Part shown: positions 17,446 to 25,503 of the stretch, in pieces
How positions within the stretch are numbered: the first letter of the stretch is position 1
Layout of the letters: every line of letters begins with the position of its first letter
Assembly: GCA_041395025.1 (NCBI GenBank)
Contig: JAWLBH010000001.1
Coordinates: forward strand, 570,001-602,000
Origin: Chlamydiales bacterium
Lineage (GTDB): Bacteria > Chlamydiota > Chlamydiia > Chlamydiales > JAAKFR01
Length of the DNA stretch: 32,000 bases
Direction of reading: 5' to 3'
Position numbers and translations under genes: made by a program
The notes under the pieces: generated by a model
Seen by the model: only the letters and a program-made list of their open reading frames with translations
The model's database searches: none
Told to the model about the DNA's origin: nothing

Positions 17446-18544
17446 TCACCCAAACTCTTTCAAATAAGCAATAATAAAATCATCCAGCAACTCTCCATTC
17501 ATCATCGCCTGAACATTTCCAGATTCATAGTTAGTACGCGTATCTTTAATCAACATATAAGGCTGAAATATATAGTTTCGGATTTGTGAACCCCACGCAA
17601 TCTCTTTTTTTTCTCCACTCATTGATTCAATCCTATCTTCCCTTTCCATGCGTTCTTTCTCATAGATTTTAGAACGCAGGAGTTTCATACATGTTTCACG
17701 ATTTTGTATTTGACTTCGTTGGCTTTGACATGTCACTACAATTCCACTGGAAATGTGAGTCATCCGAACAGCTGAATCAGTCACATTCACATGCTGTCCT
17801 CCTGCTCCTGAAGCACGAAAAGTATCTACTCGAATGTCACTTGCAGCAATTTGGATCTGAATATCATCAGTAATTTCTGGAGTGACATCCACTGAAGCAA
17901 AGCTGGTGTGGCGACGTTTACCACTATCAAAAGGAGAGATCCGTACAAGACGATGGACCCCTTTTTCTGCCTTTGCATATCCATATGAAAAAGCTCCTAC
18001 AAGCTTCATCGTAATATTTTTAATCCCCGCAACCTCTCCCTCGACTGAGTCAACAATTTCTACTGTCCATCCTCGCCGTTCAGCCCATCGACGATACATT
18101 CTTGAGAGGATGACAACCCAGTCACATGCTTCCGTACCACCAGCCCCTGCATTAATACTTAAAAAACATGATTTATTATCCATTTCCCCTGACAGCATAC
18201 GACGGACTTCGAGTGATTCAAGCTCCTTGTCCACTCTGGCAAGCTCTAAACTGAGCTCAGTGATCAGCTCTTCATCTCCAATCTCATATGCCTCAGGCAA
18301 AAGGCTTTCCACATTTTTAAATTGCTCCTCAATTGTCTGATAAGGAACAACCCATCCTTTAAGAGTATTGACTTCGTTAATTAATTTTTGAGCTCTAATA
18401 TTATCATCCCAAAAATCAGGATCTTCTATCTTTCTTTCTAATACTTTTAGACGGTTATGTTTAGCTGGAAGGTCAAAGATACCTCCACATATGCATAAGC
18501 CTTTCTTTGATATCAGTGAGGCGTTCTTGAATTGCTTCTTGCAT
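17446..18544 (-). CDS. prfB: peptide chain release factor 2, expressed via programmed +1 frameshift
   Basis: The ORF track shows only the 288-aa downstream part (17446..18312), which carries the SPF (RISPFDS) and GGQ (GAGGQHVN) motifs. Hand translation finds frame 0 running from ATG 18544 (MQEAIQERLTDIKERLMHMWRYL) to an in-frame TGA at 18475..18473. The +1 frame continues DLPAKHNRLKVLERKIEDPDFWDD... and joins the listed ORF. The length 18474..17446 is 1029 nt, a multiple of 3, for a total of about 365 aa. Confidence 0.93.
18472..18487 (-). promoter_or_regulatory. RF2 autoregulatory +1 frameshift site (SD-like element + CUU UGA C)
   Basis: The minus strand reads TGG AGG TAT CTT TGA C. This is identical in its core to the E. 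coli prfB site (AGG GGG TAT CTT TGA C): an internal SD-like GGAGG, a 3-nt spacer, slippery CTT, and a TGA followed by C. Confidence 0.88.
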
Positions 18545-18614
18545 AATTTCTATCTTTCTTTATTTCTACAAGTGAGTTTATACTTTTATCTTCAAAAAGT
18601 CAATTTTAGTCATG

Positions 18615-18643
18615 AATATATTTTTTATGTCAAGACCAGTCAA
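18615..18643 (-). promoter_or_regulatory. sigma-70/66-like promoter candidate for prfB
   Basis: On the minus strand: TTGACT (18643-18638), a 17-nt spacer, then TATATT (18620-18615), about 65 nt upstream of the prfB ATG. Sequence match only. Confidence 0.3.
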
Positions 18644-18700
18644 TTAAGTCATATAAATAAAAATTCTCCTGATCAAAAGTAGATAAGTTTCATCAAAAAC

Positions 18701-20785
18701 TTAAGAAAAACCATGCTCCGCAACTAACAACTGATGGTGGTTCATTGTATATTCCATATCCCAGCTGACTTTTTCTTTTAAAAAAGTATTTTGTGTCTTT
18801 GCAATCCATCTTTCACCCTCAGGTACTACAATCGTCTGATTGCCTTCAAATAGGATATTTTCGGCATAAAACTCTGAATGGCCTTCTAAGATAATCTTTA
18901 GAGCTTCTTGACGTTTAATCTGATTTTGCCAATAGGAATGTGTATCAGTGCGACAGATCCCCGCATTTTTAACATGGACCTGCTTTATCACACATTTCCC
19001 TGTTTGATGACCATAATGAAGAATACCTTGTGAAGAATATCCTAACAAATTTTGTGCTTGAATTAACAAACTTCCTTGTAATTCAAGATCTTCTATTTTT
19101 AAATCAGCAATCTCAAGCTGCAATTCAGCCCCTTCAAATAGCTTTCCTCCTTGAATTTTTTGTGCAATCAATGAATACAGAGGTCCTAAAGCAGGATGGT
19201 AGAGAAAGAGATGAGAGGGTCCTCCAGCAAGATAGTCTTCAGCAGAACAAAAATCCGAAATATCTACATTACAATGTGCTCTTAAAAGAGCATGTCCATT
19301 AAAAAGCATATCATAAAAGGCACCTTCGGGTGTCTCTATGAGTTTTTCCCCTTTGATAAAACTTCTTTTGGTAGTAGAAATGGTACGCCTACGAGTATTA
19401 TAAGTTAAGAAAGTCGATAAAGCTTCTCCTTTTTTTACTGATAGAGCTTCACTAATATTCTGCATCATGCTTTCCAGACGTCCTCCTAGGATCTTTTTAT
19501 TCCTCTGATCTGCATCATCAGAAAGGGGTGTATTTTTGATATTTAAAATCAATCCTGGTAAAGGAAATTTCTTAATTGTCCGACGAAGTTTTTTAATATC
19601 TGCATATAAGAGATTAGTATTCGCTGGATACAAGGAAAATTTCTCTTTTTCCGGTAAGTTTTTTAATCCATATTTATTGAAATCGGTATACTCAATATGA
19701 GAGAGAGAGACTCTTTCTTCATTTTCTTTTAATACCAACACCCCCTCAGCAGTCTCTGGTTGTCTTTGACAAGTCGCTATCCCAAATTTTTTTTTTTCTT
19801 GTTTGCCTACACCTAATAAGGCCAATAACCCATAATCAACCCCACCGATTGGATTATTAATTTGACGAATGATTAATCGATGCTTCTTCTGCTGAAGAAA
19901 CCAATCAAACACTCCCGCTTTGTCTGCTGTTTGCCAAAGCGCACCATGCCCTCCTGGTTGTAAGATGGGTTCAAGTGGACGATGCATGACCCAATTTCCC
20001 TCTACATCAACCACAGGCACTGATAGCTGAGAAAAAAGAAAAAAACTCTCTTTGGGTCGACCAAACCATTGATTTTTCTCACACATTTCTCGAATGATAA
20101 GGGCATTTTTTTTCTCTCTCGAAGTCATCATTGCAATAGGCACAGTGACCTGTTTTCCAAACAAGCGATAGTAAAGAAATTCGCGCGCTTGTACATCACG
20201 TAGCAGACCATGTAATAATGTCCTTCCTAAAAATTTTAGGGAAGCTACAGGTAAAGGAGCTCCTTCTTTTGTCATTAAATTTAAACGGGATCCAAGTCCA
20301 CCCACTGGATAGATTTCTCCCATCTCAGGAATGGCTTCTATCCCAGCTGCTACAATAGCGTTCACCTCTTTTGAAGCATCGGTAAGATCTATTACAGAGG
20401 GGCAAGTACAGCAAGAATGTATTTCTTCTTTTTTTTGTTCAAGACGTTGTAATACATTGAGTTGATAACCAACTAAGCCTCCAATATTCTGATAAAATTG
20501 ATCTATTTCAATTAAAGTGCCAAGCAAAGAAGATAGCTTGTCTTTTGGTGGATTTTTTTGTGGGTAGAAAAAAAGACGTTGCTCCTGACGAATGACAATC
20601 AAAGATAACAAAACAATTTTACATAAAGGATCGTAAGTATAGGTTGATGGAAGGATATGTTTCCAATGTGTTTGCTTGATTCGTGGGTGAGATAGCAGGA
20701 ATGCTTGCTTTTTGCTTAAATCTTTGGTTTCTTTTAAAGAACAAACCAAAGGAGTTAATATTTTGATTTCTTCATTAAAATCCAT
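18701..20785 (-). CDS. UDP-sugar pyrophosphorylase-family protein (UDPGP / UTP-hexose-1-phosphate uridylyltransferase type), enlarged
   Basis: The 694-aa ORF has a nucleotide-binding loop (YPVGGLGSRLNL), QPGGHGALW and RQINNPIGGVD, arranged as in eukaryote-type UGP/UAP/USP enzymes. About 130 aa at the N-terminus and about 200 aa at the C-terminus lie outside the recognisable core. Confidence 0.65.
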   Translation of the reverse strand: MDFNEEIKILTPLVCSLKETKDLSKKQAFLLSHPRIKQTHWKHILPSTYTYDPLCKIVLLSLIVIRQEQRLFFYPQKNPPKDKLSSLLGTLIEIDQFYQNIGGLVGYQLNVLQRLEQKKEEIHSCCTCPSVIDLTDASKEVNAIVAAGIEAIPEMGEIYPVGGLGSRLNLMTKEGAPLPVASLKFLGRTLLHGLLRDVQAREFLYYRLFGKQVTVPIAMMTSREKKNALIIREMCEKNQWFGRPKESFFLFSQLSVPVVDVEGNWVMHRPLEPILQPGGHGALWQTADKAGVFDWFLQQKKHRLIIRQINNPIGGVDYGLLALLGVGKQEKKKFGIATCQRQPETAEGVLVLKENEERVSLSHIEYTDFNKYGLKNLPEKEKFSLYPANTNLLYADIKKLRRTIKKFPLPGLILNIKNTPLSDDADQRNKKILGGRLESMMQNISEALSVKKGEALSTFLTYNTRRRTISTTKRSFIKGEKLIETPEGAFYDMLFNGHALLRAHCNVDISDFCSAEDYLAGGPSHLFLYHPALGPLYSLIAQKIQGGKLFEGAELQLEIADLKIEDLELQGSLLIQAQNLLGYSSQGILHYGHQTGKCVIKQVHVKNAGICRTDTHSYWQNQIKRQEALKIILEGHSEFYAENILFEGNQTIVVPEGERWIAKTQNTFLKEKVSWDMEYTMNHHQLLVAEHGFS

Positions 20786-20935
20786 GGCATGAAAAGATAT
20801 TCATTAAATTACTAAAAATCAAAAACTTAAAAATTAAGCGCAGAATTGGCTCTTTAATTTGTTTTGACGAGAAACCCGTACGAAAGATAAAACAATTGGA
20901 ATGAAGAGTAAACTTTTTTCGTTAAGGAGTTAAAA

Positions 20936-21196
20936 ATGGCAACAAAGAAAAAAAACAGTGCGTTCATGCAGCCGGTAGAGATTAGTGATGATCTAAAAGC
21001 TGTAGTGGGAGCGGGTCCCTTACCACGTACTGAGATTATTAAAAAGCTGTGGGTCTATATCAAAAAACATGGTTGCCAAGATCAAGTAAACAAGCGGAAC
21101 ATTTTACCTGATGAAAAACTTGCAAAATTATTCGGCTCAAAAAATTCAATTGACATGTTTCAAATGACAAAAAAAATTTCAAAGCATATTAAGTAG
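20936..21196 (+). CDS. SWIB/MDM2-domain protein
   Basis: The 86-aa ORF, ...ISDDLKAVVGAGPLPRTEIIKKLWVYIKKHGCQDQVNKRNILPDEKLAKLFG..., matches the SWIB domain pattern. Small stand-alone SWIB proteins are a chlamydial hallmark. A strong AAGGAG SD lies 7 nt upstream. Confidence 0.9.
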   Translation: MATKKKNSAFMQPVEISDDLKAVVGAGPLPRTEIIKKLWVYIKKHGCQDQVNKRNILPDEKLAKLFGSKNSIDMFQMTKKISKHIK

Positions 21197-21225
21197 CCTT
21201 TTTTGTTATCACCTCTTTATTATCC

Positions 21226-21253
21226 AAAGCAGCAGCAGTATTGTTGCTGCTTT
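21226..21253 (+). terminator. stem-loop after the SWIB gene (terminator or attenuator)
   Basis: A 12-bp stem, AAAGCAGCAGCA (21226-21237) pairing with TGTTGCTGCTTT (21242-21253), with one G-U pair and a GTAT loop. The U-tract is short and partly inside the stem, and the next ATG is only 6 nt away, so read-through is likely. Confidence 0.45.
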
Positions 21254-21258
21254 AATTT

Positions 21259-22209
21259 ATGTCTTATCTCATTGATTTTCTAAGTATTGCCTCATTAATT
21301 GGAATTTGGCCGCGCTATATTGAGCCAAAAATGCTCTCTGTTACTGAACATCTTTGGCATCTAGATACTACTCAGATGCATTTAAAGAACCTCACCCTCG
21401 TGCATATTAGTGATCTACATTTTCATAAAAAAACTTCTCAAAATTTTTTAAATAAAGTGATTCACAAAATTTCCTATCACAACCCTGATCTTATCTTGTT
21501 TACTGGAGATTTCCTCTGTTACTCTTATCTTGAAGAAAAAGCTCGATTAAAAAACTTTCTTCAAAAACTAAAAGCCTCTTTAGGTTGTTATTGCATATTC
21601 GGAAATCATGACTACAATCAATACGTCTCATTAAATGATAAAGGTATTTATGATGTATTGTCCCCAATCACTCCTATTGAGGGATTATTACAAGGAATTA
21701 AAACACTATTTAATCCTAAGAAAATACAGTATCAATGCACCCAAAATGTCCAATCCATTCCCCTCCATCGAGAACTTTGCCATCTTCTTCATGAAACCTC
21801 TTTTCAATTTTTAGAAAATACAACTGTCAATTTACCCATTGGCTTAAATATTACAGGACTCGGTGATATGGCTTTAGGCAGGTGCAAACCAAGCGAAGCT
21901 TTTAAAGGATATAATCAAAATTACCCAGGAATTATTTTATCTCATAATCCTGATTCTTTTCCTCTTCTCATCGACTATCCAGGGGATTGGATTTTATCTG
22001 GTCATACTCATGGGGAACAAATTCATTTTTTTTGGCCAAAATGGTTAAATAAGATCTCACAAAAACTGTCACGTTTAGAGCATCCTGAGTATTCTCGTGG
22101 TTTGTTTCAAATTAAGGATAAAAAAATGTATGTTTCGCGAGGCCTTGGCTCCTATAAACCTTTTCGTTTTTGCTCTATTCCTGAAATCACTTTAATTCGA
22201 ACAAAATGA
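21259..22209 (+). CDS. calcineurin-like metallophosphoesterase (YaeI-like)
   Basis: 316-aa ORF with the motifs HISDLHF, TGDF, GNHD and SGHTHG in canonical order, and a hydrophobic N-terminus. Confidence 0.88.
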   Translation: MSYLIDFLSIASLIGIWPRYIEPKMLSVTEHLWHLDTTQMHLKNLTLVHISDLHFHKKTSQNFLNKVIHKISYHNPDLILFTGDFLCYSYLEEKARLKNFLQKLKASLGCYCIFGNHDYNQYVSLNDKGIYDVLSPITPIEGLLQGIKTLFNPKKIQYQCTQNVQSIPLHRELCHLLHETSFQFLENTTVNLPIGLNITGLGDMALGRCKPSEAFKGYNQNYPGIILSHNPDSFPLLIDYPGDWILSGHTHGEQIHFFWPKWLNKISQKLSRLEHPEYSRGLFQIKDKKMYVSRGLGSYKPFRFCSIPEITLIRTK

Positions 22210-22847
22210 TGCAAATGACAGGAATTATACTTGCTGGTGGACAAGGTCAAAGGATGAACGCCCCTCTCCCTAAGCAATATCTTCTTCTCAAGAAAAAACC
22301 TATTGCTTGTCATAGCTTAGAAATTTTCCTTAATCACCCTGAAATGCATCAAATCATTGTGGTATGCGCACCTGAATACCGAACCTTATTCTCTGAGTAT
22401 CATGTAGAGTTTGCAGATCCAGGTGAAAGACGGCAAGATTCTCTATTCAATGGTCTTAAATTAGCTAAATACAATTGGATATGTACTCATGATGCAGCTC
22501 GACCATACCTGACTCATAAACTCATCGATCGATTGATTCAAGAGGGAAAAAATCATAGTGCGGTCACACTTGGTATTCCCATCAAAAATACGATAAAAGA
22601 ATGTGATTCAACAGGATTTGTCTTAAGAACTCTGAATCGTGAATCTATTTGGGAAATCCAAACTCCTCAATTGGTAAAAAAACATATCTTAATCAAAGGA
22701 TTTGCCTTTGCTGATCGTCACAATATCACTGTGAGTGACGATGTCTCACTAGCTGAGTTAATCGATCATCCTGTGAAGCTGGTTTTAGGTTCTCAAAAAA
22801 ATATCAAAATTACTACTCCTGAAGATCTATGTTTCAAGATAAAATAA
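22206..22847 (+). CDS. ispD: 2-C-methyl-D-erythritol 4-phosphate cytidylyltransferase
   Basis: 213-aa ORF with the N-terminal GIILAGGQGQRM nucleotide-binding loop and ...THDAARP.... Its start overlaps the upstream gene's stop in an ATGA. Confidence 0.9.
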   Translation: MMQMTGIILAGGQGQRMNAPLPKQYLLLKKKPIACHSLEIFLNHPEMHQIIVVCAPEYRTLFSEYHVEFADPGERRQDSLFNGLKLAKYNWICTHDAARPYLTHKLIDRLIQEGKNHSAVTLGIPIKNTIKECDSTGFVLRTLNRESIWEIQTPQLVKKHILIKGFAFADRHNITVSDDVSLAELIDHPVKLVLGSQKNIKITTPEDLCFKIK

Positions 22848-22919
22848 ACGTTGTGCTTTTATTGAAAAATCTATCCATTAAACCAAAGTTTAAAAAAGAA
22901 GGATCCCATTTCTAAAGAT

Positions 22920-23669
22920 ATGGAGAGCAGATCTCACACCTACAAATTAACTCTATCCTATGATGGAACTAATTATGTAGGATGGCAAATCCAATCGAAT
23001 GGAACTTCTATTCAAGGCCTCATTGAGAAGGCATTAATGATTGTAATCGGTAGCCCTATCCGGATCTATGGTGCAGGAAGGACTGATGCAGGCGTCCATG
23101 CGATGGGGCAAGTCGCTCATTTTTCTCTTGAACAGGATCTTAACTGTCAACAAACTCTTAGATCTTTAAATGGAATCCTTCCCTATGATATCCGTATCTT
23201 AGCGCTCGTATTAGTCCCTAATACCTTTCATGCTCAATATTCAGCCATCGGCAAGGAATATCACTATCACCTTTGGCTTGAAAAAACGCTCTCTCCTTTT
23301 CTTCGTCTTTACCGATATCATGTTCGTGATCTTTCAAATATTGGTTATCTCCATCAAGCCGCCCAACTCTTTGTAGGAACTCATGACTTCTCAACCTTTA
23401 CCAATCATGGGAGCGGAATCAAAAGACGAGTGCGTACAATTCACAGGCTAGATGTCATAGAAGAAGAGGGAGGAGTACGTCTAGAATTTGAAGGGAATGG
23501 GTTTTTATATAAGATGGTACGCAATATTGTCGGAACATTAATTGAAACAGTGAGAAGAAAAAAAAGTCTTAAAGAGATAGAACATTTATTAAAAATAAAA
23601 AATCGACAAATGGCTGGTTTCACAGCTCCTGCTCATGGTCTCTTTTTAATGCGGGTAATTTATCATTAA
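22920..23669 (+). CDS. truA: tRNA pseudouridine(38-40) synthase
   Basis: 249-aa ORF with YDGTNYVGWQIQ, the catalytic-Asp motif GAGRTDAGVHA, and the C-terminal ...APAHGLFLMRVIY. Confidence 0.93.
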   Translation: MESRSHTYKLTLSYDGTNYVGWQIQSNGTSIQGLIEKALMIVIGSPIRIYGAGRTDAGVHAMGQVAHFSLEQDLNCQQTLRSLNGILPYDIRILALVLVPNTFHAQYSAIGKEYHYHLWLEKTLSPFLRLYRYHVRDLSNIGYLHQAAQLFVGTHDFSTFTNHGSGIKRRVRTIHRLDVIEEEGGVRLEFEGNGFLYKMVRNIVGTLIETVRRKKSLKEIEHLLKIKNRQMAGFTAPAHGLFLMRVIYH

Positions 23670-24345
23670 TCAAGAGCAAGAAAATTTGAGACATGGTCGA
23701 ATTCTTTCCCTAACTGGTGAGCAAGAGCCTTTATCTCCTTTTTAGAAAAGCACTCTGTCACAAAAATCCCTTTTGCAGATGTCCCTAAAAGCGCTTCTAA
23801 GCCTCTAGGAGAATCCTCAAACCCCACAATTTGATCTCCCTCTTTCCCAAATTTCTGAATCGCCTTTTCATAACACTCAGGGGAAGGCTTAGGCTGATCA
23901 TAATCTTCTCTCACAATCCAATAAGGAATCGACTGGAGAATAGGGTGAGAGTCTCGCAATAATTCTACCTCGTACCTATTGGAATTCGTCACAACACATC
24001 GTTTAATTCTCGCTTTTTCTAGTGCTTGGAGTAGGACTTCTACACCTGGCATCAATTGAACTTGTTGGGTGATGAGAAGTTCGACATAGGCTTTTTTTTT
24101 TCTTTGTAAAGGATGTTCCAACAAGGTTCTTGGCTTTTTAAACGAGGAAATTCTTTGTAAATTCCCTTTTGAAGACTATCTGCGCCATAAAGGGCATGTT
24201 GCATATAAGTTTTCATCTCCCAATTCAATGAAAATCCACGATTAGCACACATTTGCTGATAAGCTAAGTAATGGATCTTCTCAGTATCAACAAGAATTCC
24301 ATCGAAATCAAATAGGAAAAGCTGATAATCATAAATCCAATGCAT
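23666..24345 (-). pseudogene. HAD-superfamily phosphatase (beta-phosphoglucomutase/phosphoglycolate-phosphatase-like), reading frame broken inside an A10 homopolymer
   Basis: Two overlapping ORFs. ORF 24345..24052 carries HAD motif I (LFDFDGILVDTE). ORF 24124..23666 carries motif II (VVTNS), motif III (KPKPSPE) and motif IV (GFEDSPRG). The frames meet at AAAGAAAAAAAAAAGCC on the coding strand (T10 on the + strand, 24092-24101). One extra A would give a continuous protein of about 226 aa. Confidence 0.75.
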
Positions 24346-25155
24346 AGGTGGGATTTTAAATATCTAGTTTTATTTCTTCTACTTTTTCTTGCTAACTGTA
24401 CAAATCAAGAAAAAAAAATACGACAACAAAACTTACGAGGAGAATTTCTCACACGTCACCATAATGAATATTTTTTCATTCCCTATCCACCTCAACCACT
24501 CACTCGTGAAAGATATCCTTGGGAAAATAAATCTATCGGAGGATTCCCACGCATTACAAAAGAATTTTTTAGCTGTAAGGGAAATCCACTTAACCCTGTT
24601 GTAGTAAAAAAAAGAGAGGGGAAAGACCCTCTTTATTATCGTGATTGCAAAGGAGGGAAACGTCATGGTTTACCTCTAAAAAAAGGACAAGAATTTATCT
24701 ATCCTTGCCTGATTAAATTGTTGAACTATATTCAAGAAAAAACTGAAAAAAGAGTGGTGATCACAACGGGTCATAGATGTCCTACACATAACATCTATTG
24801 TGATCAATCTTCTTACAACTGGGATTCAAAGCATATGATTGGAGCTGAAGTGGATTTTTATGTTGAGGGGATGGAGGAAAACGCTCAGAAAGTTATTGCT
24901 CTTATTATGCGCTACTATCAAGAAAAAGATCCGAAAGAAGAATTTGCTCGTTATAGTTGCGAAAAATTGAATGTCTCTACTCCTTCTTGGTATAACAAGG
25001 AAATTTTCATTAAATATTATCTAGCTCATGAAGGTCGTGATTTTGATAATCAACATCCTTATCCCTATATCAGCATTCAAATGCGTTACTATGAAGAAGA
25101 TCACACCCGAGTCACCTTTTCTCAAGAACAAGCAGAAAATTATTTGCGACATTAG
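24340..25155 (+). CDS. putative lipoprotein with LAS/peptidase-M15-like zinc-peptidase motif (cell-wall hydrolase fold)
   Basis: The 271-aa ORF has a signal peptide with a lipobox-like LFLANC. It contains ...VVITTGHRCPTHNIY... followed by SKHMIGAEVDF, an H-x6-D zinc-binding motif as in M15/YcbK-type peptidases, and later His residues. The family call is from motifs only. Confidence 0.5.
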   Translation: MHRWDFKYLVLFLLLFLANCTNQEKKIRQQNLRGEFLTRHHNEYFFIPYPPQPLTRERYPWENKSIGGFPRITKEFFSCKGNPLNPVVVKKREGKDPLYYRDCKGGKRHGLPLKKGQEFIYPCLIKLLNYIQEKTEKRVVITTGHRCPTHNIYCDQSSYNWDSKHMIGAEVDFYVEGMEENAQKVIALIMRYYQEKDPKEEFARYSCEKLNVSTPSWYNKEIFIKYYLAHEGRDFDNQHPYPYISIQMRYYEEDHTRVTFSQEQAENYLRH

Positions 25156-25190
25156 TGACTCACCTATATAGTTTGACAACCAATGATTAT

Positions 25191-25274
25191 GCCGATGTGG
25201 TGGAATTGGTAGACGCGGTAGACTCAAAATCTACTTCCAGTCATGGGGTGTCGGTTCGAGTCCGACCATCGGCA
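25191..25274 (+). tRNA. tRNA-Leu (anticodon CAA), type II with long variable arm; CCA not encoded
   Basis: Folded by hand. Acceptor stem GCCGATG/CATCGGC; anticodon stem GTAGA/TCTAC with loop CTCAAAA (anticodon CAA); a 15-nt variable arm; T-arm GTCGG-TTCGAGT-CCGAC; discriminator A. Confidence 0.92.
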
Positions 25275-25288
25275 TACACCTAGACAGA

Positions 25289-25304
25289 TTATCAAATTTG
25301 ATAA
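25289..25304. repeat. perfect 16-bp palindrome TTATCAAATTTGATAA
   Basis: The sequence is self-complementary over all 16 nt and lies 15 nt downstream of the tRNA-Leu 3' end. The function is unknown; it could be a processing or termination hairpin, or an operator for a dimeric DNA-binding protein. Confidence 0.5.
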
Positions 25305-25503
25305 CGTTTGGCATATCGAAGAAATGGCCTAGTTTCCCAAATTTTTATTATCATTTTTTGCTGGCATATTTTGCCCATTCTTCCTCACCTAGACCTTGAT
25401 TTTTCAATCTCTAAGAGGATAAATTGGTCTGATCTAGGGTACTTAAGTTCTCTATTTTTTCAAAATTTCCTAAAATAGCTAAACAATTTTTTATATAAAA
25501 GAA

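Noticed and set aside
17882-18340. A 152-aa + strand ORF, Ser-rich, opposite prfB
   Set aside because: It is fully antisense to the well-supported RF2 coding region and has no start context or motifs. Its Ser/Pro/Thr-rich composition is typical of an antisense frame.
18491-18682. A 63-aa + strand ORF in the prfB upstream region
   Set aside because: It overlaps the frame-0 leader and frameshift site of prfB on the opposite strand, as well as the likely prfB promoter. The translation is a low-complexity F/L/Y-rich string.
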